A program made the translations under genes and the position numbers. The notes under the pieces were generated by a model. That model saw only the letters and a list, made by a program, of their open reading frames with translations. It was not told where the DNA came from and made no database searches. Shown one piece after another: positions 62,528-64,000 of a stretch of DNA of 64,000 nucleotides (positions within the stretch are counted from its first letter, which is position 1; every line of letters begins with the position of its first letter). Location: assembly GCA_964414415.1 (NCBI GenBank), contig CAYPWJ010000003.1, positions 38,784 through 102,783 of the forward strand, read 5' to 3'. Source of the DNA: an uncultured Thermoplasmatales archaeon. GTDB lineage: Archaea; Thermoplasmatota; E2; UBA202; DSCA01.

Positions 62528-63475
62528 TTACATGTGCCCCGGGAGGTCGAGGTCGAGGTGTTCCACCATCTCCTTATAGCGGTTCCTGATGGTCACCTCG
62601 GTGACACCTGCGACGGTGGCGACGTCGCTCTGCGTCCTGCTTTCTCCCCCCTGAAGCGAGGTGATGTAGATGATTGCCGCCGCTATCCCGGTGGGTCCCC
62701 GCCCGCTCGTCAGACCCTGCTCCTTCGTCCGTCGGAGGATGTCCAGGGCGTTGCGTTCGGTGTCCTCATGCAGGTCGAGCTTCCTGCAAAAACGAGACAG
62801 GTAGTCCTGCGGCTGGAGCGGAATGAGCTTCAGCTTCAGTTCCCGGGAGAGAAAACGAAATGTTTTCCCGATCTCCTTCCTGTCCACCCCGGCGGACTCC
62901 GCCACTTCTTCCAGGGTGCGGGGGGCACCGCATTGGCGGCAGGCGGCATACAGGGCAGCAGCGGTGACCGCCTCCACGCTTCGCCCCCGTATCAGTCGTT
63001 GCTCCACCGCGCTCCGGTACAACGCGGCGGTTGCCTCCCGCACCTGCCGGGGTAATTCCATGCTCGAGGAAATCCTGTCCAGGCGGGAGAGCGCAAAGGA
63101 CATGTCGCCCCGGGACGTTTTTCCTCTGCCGACGCGCTGCTGCCATTTCCGCAGCCGGTATACCCCCGGGCGGTTGCGTGCTGGAATCGATTTTCCATAG
63201 CTGTCTGTGTTCTTCCAGTCGATAACGGTGGGGAGGTCCGAGGGATGCCGCACCGGCCCGCCGGTTCGAGCGACTTTTTTTTGTTCCTCCTGGTCGAAGG
63301 CACGCCATTCCGGTCCCTGGTCTATATATTTGTCCTCGATGACCAATCCACATTGTCTGCATACAAGTTCCCCGCGCTCATAGTCACGGGCGATGCGGGC
63401 TGAGCCGCACTCCGGGCATTGTGTAATCTCTTCCTGCTTTACCCTGTTATTCTTTGACATTATCTTCTTTGACAT
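62528..63475 (-). CDS. tfb: Transcription initiation factor IIB (full-length TFB)
   Basis: Zn ribbon CPECG...GELVCRQCG, GPEWRAF B-reader, YRLRKWQ linker, two cyclin repeats, VTEVTIRNRYKE. Confidence 0.95.
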   Translation of the reverse strand: MSKKIMSKNNRVKQEEITQCPECGSARIARDYERGELVCRQCGLVIEDKYIDQGPEWRAFDQEEQKKVARTGGPVRHPSDLPTVIDWKNTDSYGKSIPARNRPGVYRLRKWQQRVGRGKTSRGDMSFALSRLDRISSSMELPRQVREATAALYRSAVEQRLIRGRSVEAVTAAALYAACRQCGAPRTLEEVAESAGVDRKEIGKTFRFLSRELKLKLIPLQPQDYLSRFCRKLDLHEDTERNALDILRRTKEQGLTSGRGPTGIAAAIIYITSLQGGESRTQSDVATVAGVTEVTIRNRYKEMVEHLDLDLPGHM

Positions 63476-63480
63476 TATCT
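63451..63480. repeat. Perfect 15-bp tandem duplication spanning the tfb start codon
   Basis: tctttgacattatct twice (63451-63465 and 63466-63480), giving MSKKI-MSKNN. Confidence 0.85.
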
Positions 63481-63710
63481 ATCCTTTGCCCCCGGAAAAG
63501 GTCTATACCGCCGGTTGTATAAAGCTTTATGGGGCACGGGCACCGGGCGGCCGCGGTCTCGTTTATCCCCGGGATAGACGATATAGCTTTGGATAGCTTC
63601 AGGTGCGGTGGAGGGGGTATAGAGATACGGCAAAAAACAGAGAAAAAAGGGAAAAGGGCAGGCGGGTCCTGCATACGGGGAACGACCCCGTCGGTTGAGA
63701 CGTACGTCGA

Positions 63711-63902
63711 TTACTCGATGACTTCGACGTGGACGGCTTTGGGTCCACGTGATTCCTCTTGCATGTCGAACTTGACTTTTGTTCCTTCGTTCAGTTGGGC
63801 GCCCGACTGGACGTCGGACTCGTGTACAAATACGTCTTTCTCGCTTTCGTCTGTCCCTATGAATCCATAGGACATCATCCATTTCTTTACGGTTCCTTCC
63901 AT
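63711..63902 (-). CDS. csp: Cold-shock protein (CspA-like, 63 aa)
   Basis: MEGTVKKW...YGFI (RNP1), DVFVHESD (RNP2), GPKAVHV. Confidence 0.9.
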   Translation of the reverse strand: MEGTVKKWMMSYGFIGTDESEKDVFVHESDVQSGAQLNEGTKVKFDMQEESRGPKAVHVEVIE

Positions 63903-64000
63903 TGTAGGTGTTTCTCCTGCTCCCCATACCTGCGCTCTTATATATAGTTTGGGTGCTCCCGCTGGCGCTACTACCGTAGTTTCTACCACAAATTATTTAA

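Overview
This 64 kb window is GC-rich archaeal chromosome, most consistent with a Thermoplasmatota lineage. That assignment is an inference from the archaeal ribosomal and TFB genes, a coaD-ITPase fusion and the secreted Ig/PKD protein repertoire. The housekeeping core is an rpl3-to-rps14 ribosomal cluster that stops at rps14 and runs into aIF5B. Other core genes are tmk, trmJ, argF, aEF-1beta, fibrillarin, mvk, ferredoxin plus geranylgeranyl reductase, RNase J, dcd, rps17e, ribB-ribL-ribC, tfb and tRNA-Ser(GCT). Among these are many secreted proteins: two papain-like C1 peptidases, C45, M14 and C15 peptidases, a transglutaminase-like lipoprotein, a metallophosphoesterase and Ig-repeat proteins. 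They reuse three distinct C-terminal modules, a candidate undescribed surface display or sorting system. The one clearly accessory element is a solitary 1405-aa type IIG-like restriction-modification gene between ribL and ribC. It is preceded by two decayed tRNA-Leu-like copies and a 13-bp inverted repeat, and its specificity region is AT-rich. Other oddities are a TFB paralog without a Zn ribbon, uS3 fused to a helix-hairpin-helix domain, a Cys8 Zn-finger/cold-shock fusion, an MNT nucleotidyltransferase fragment fused to a surface-protein tail, and a probable ATT start codon. I found no CRISPR array, rRNA, integrase or transposase. All family assignments come from motif recognition by eye; no database searches were run.
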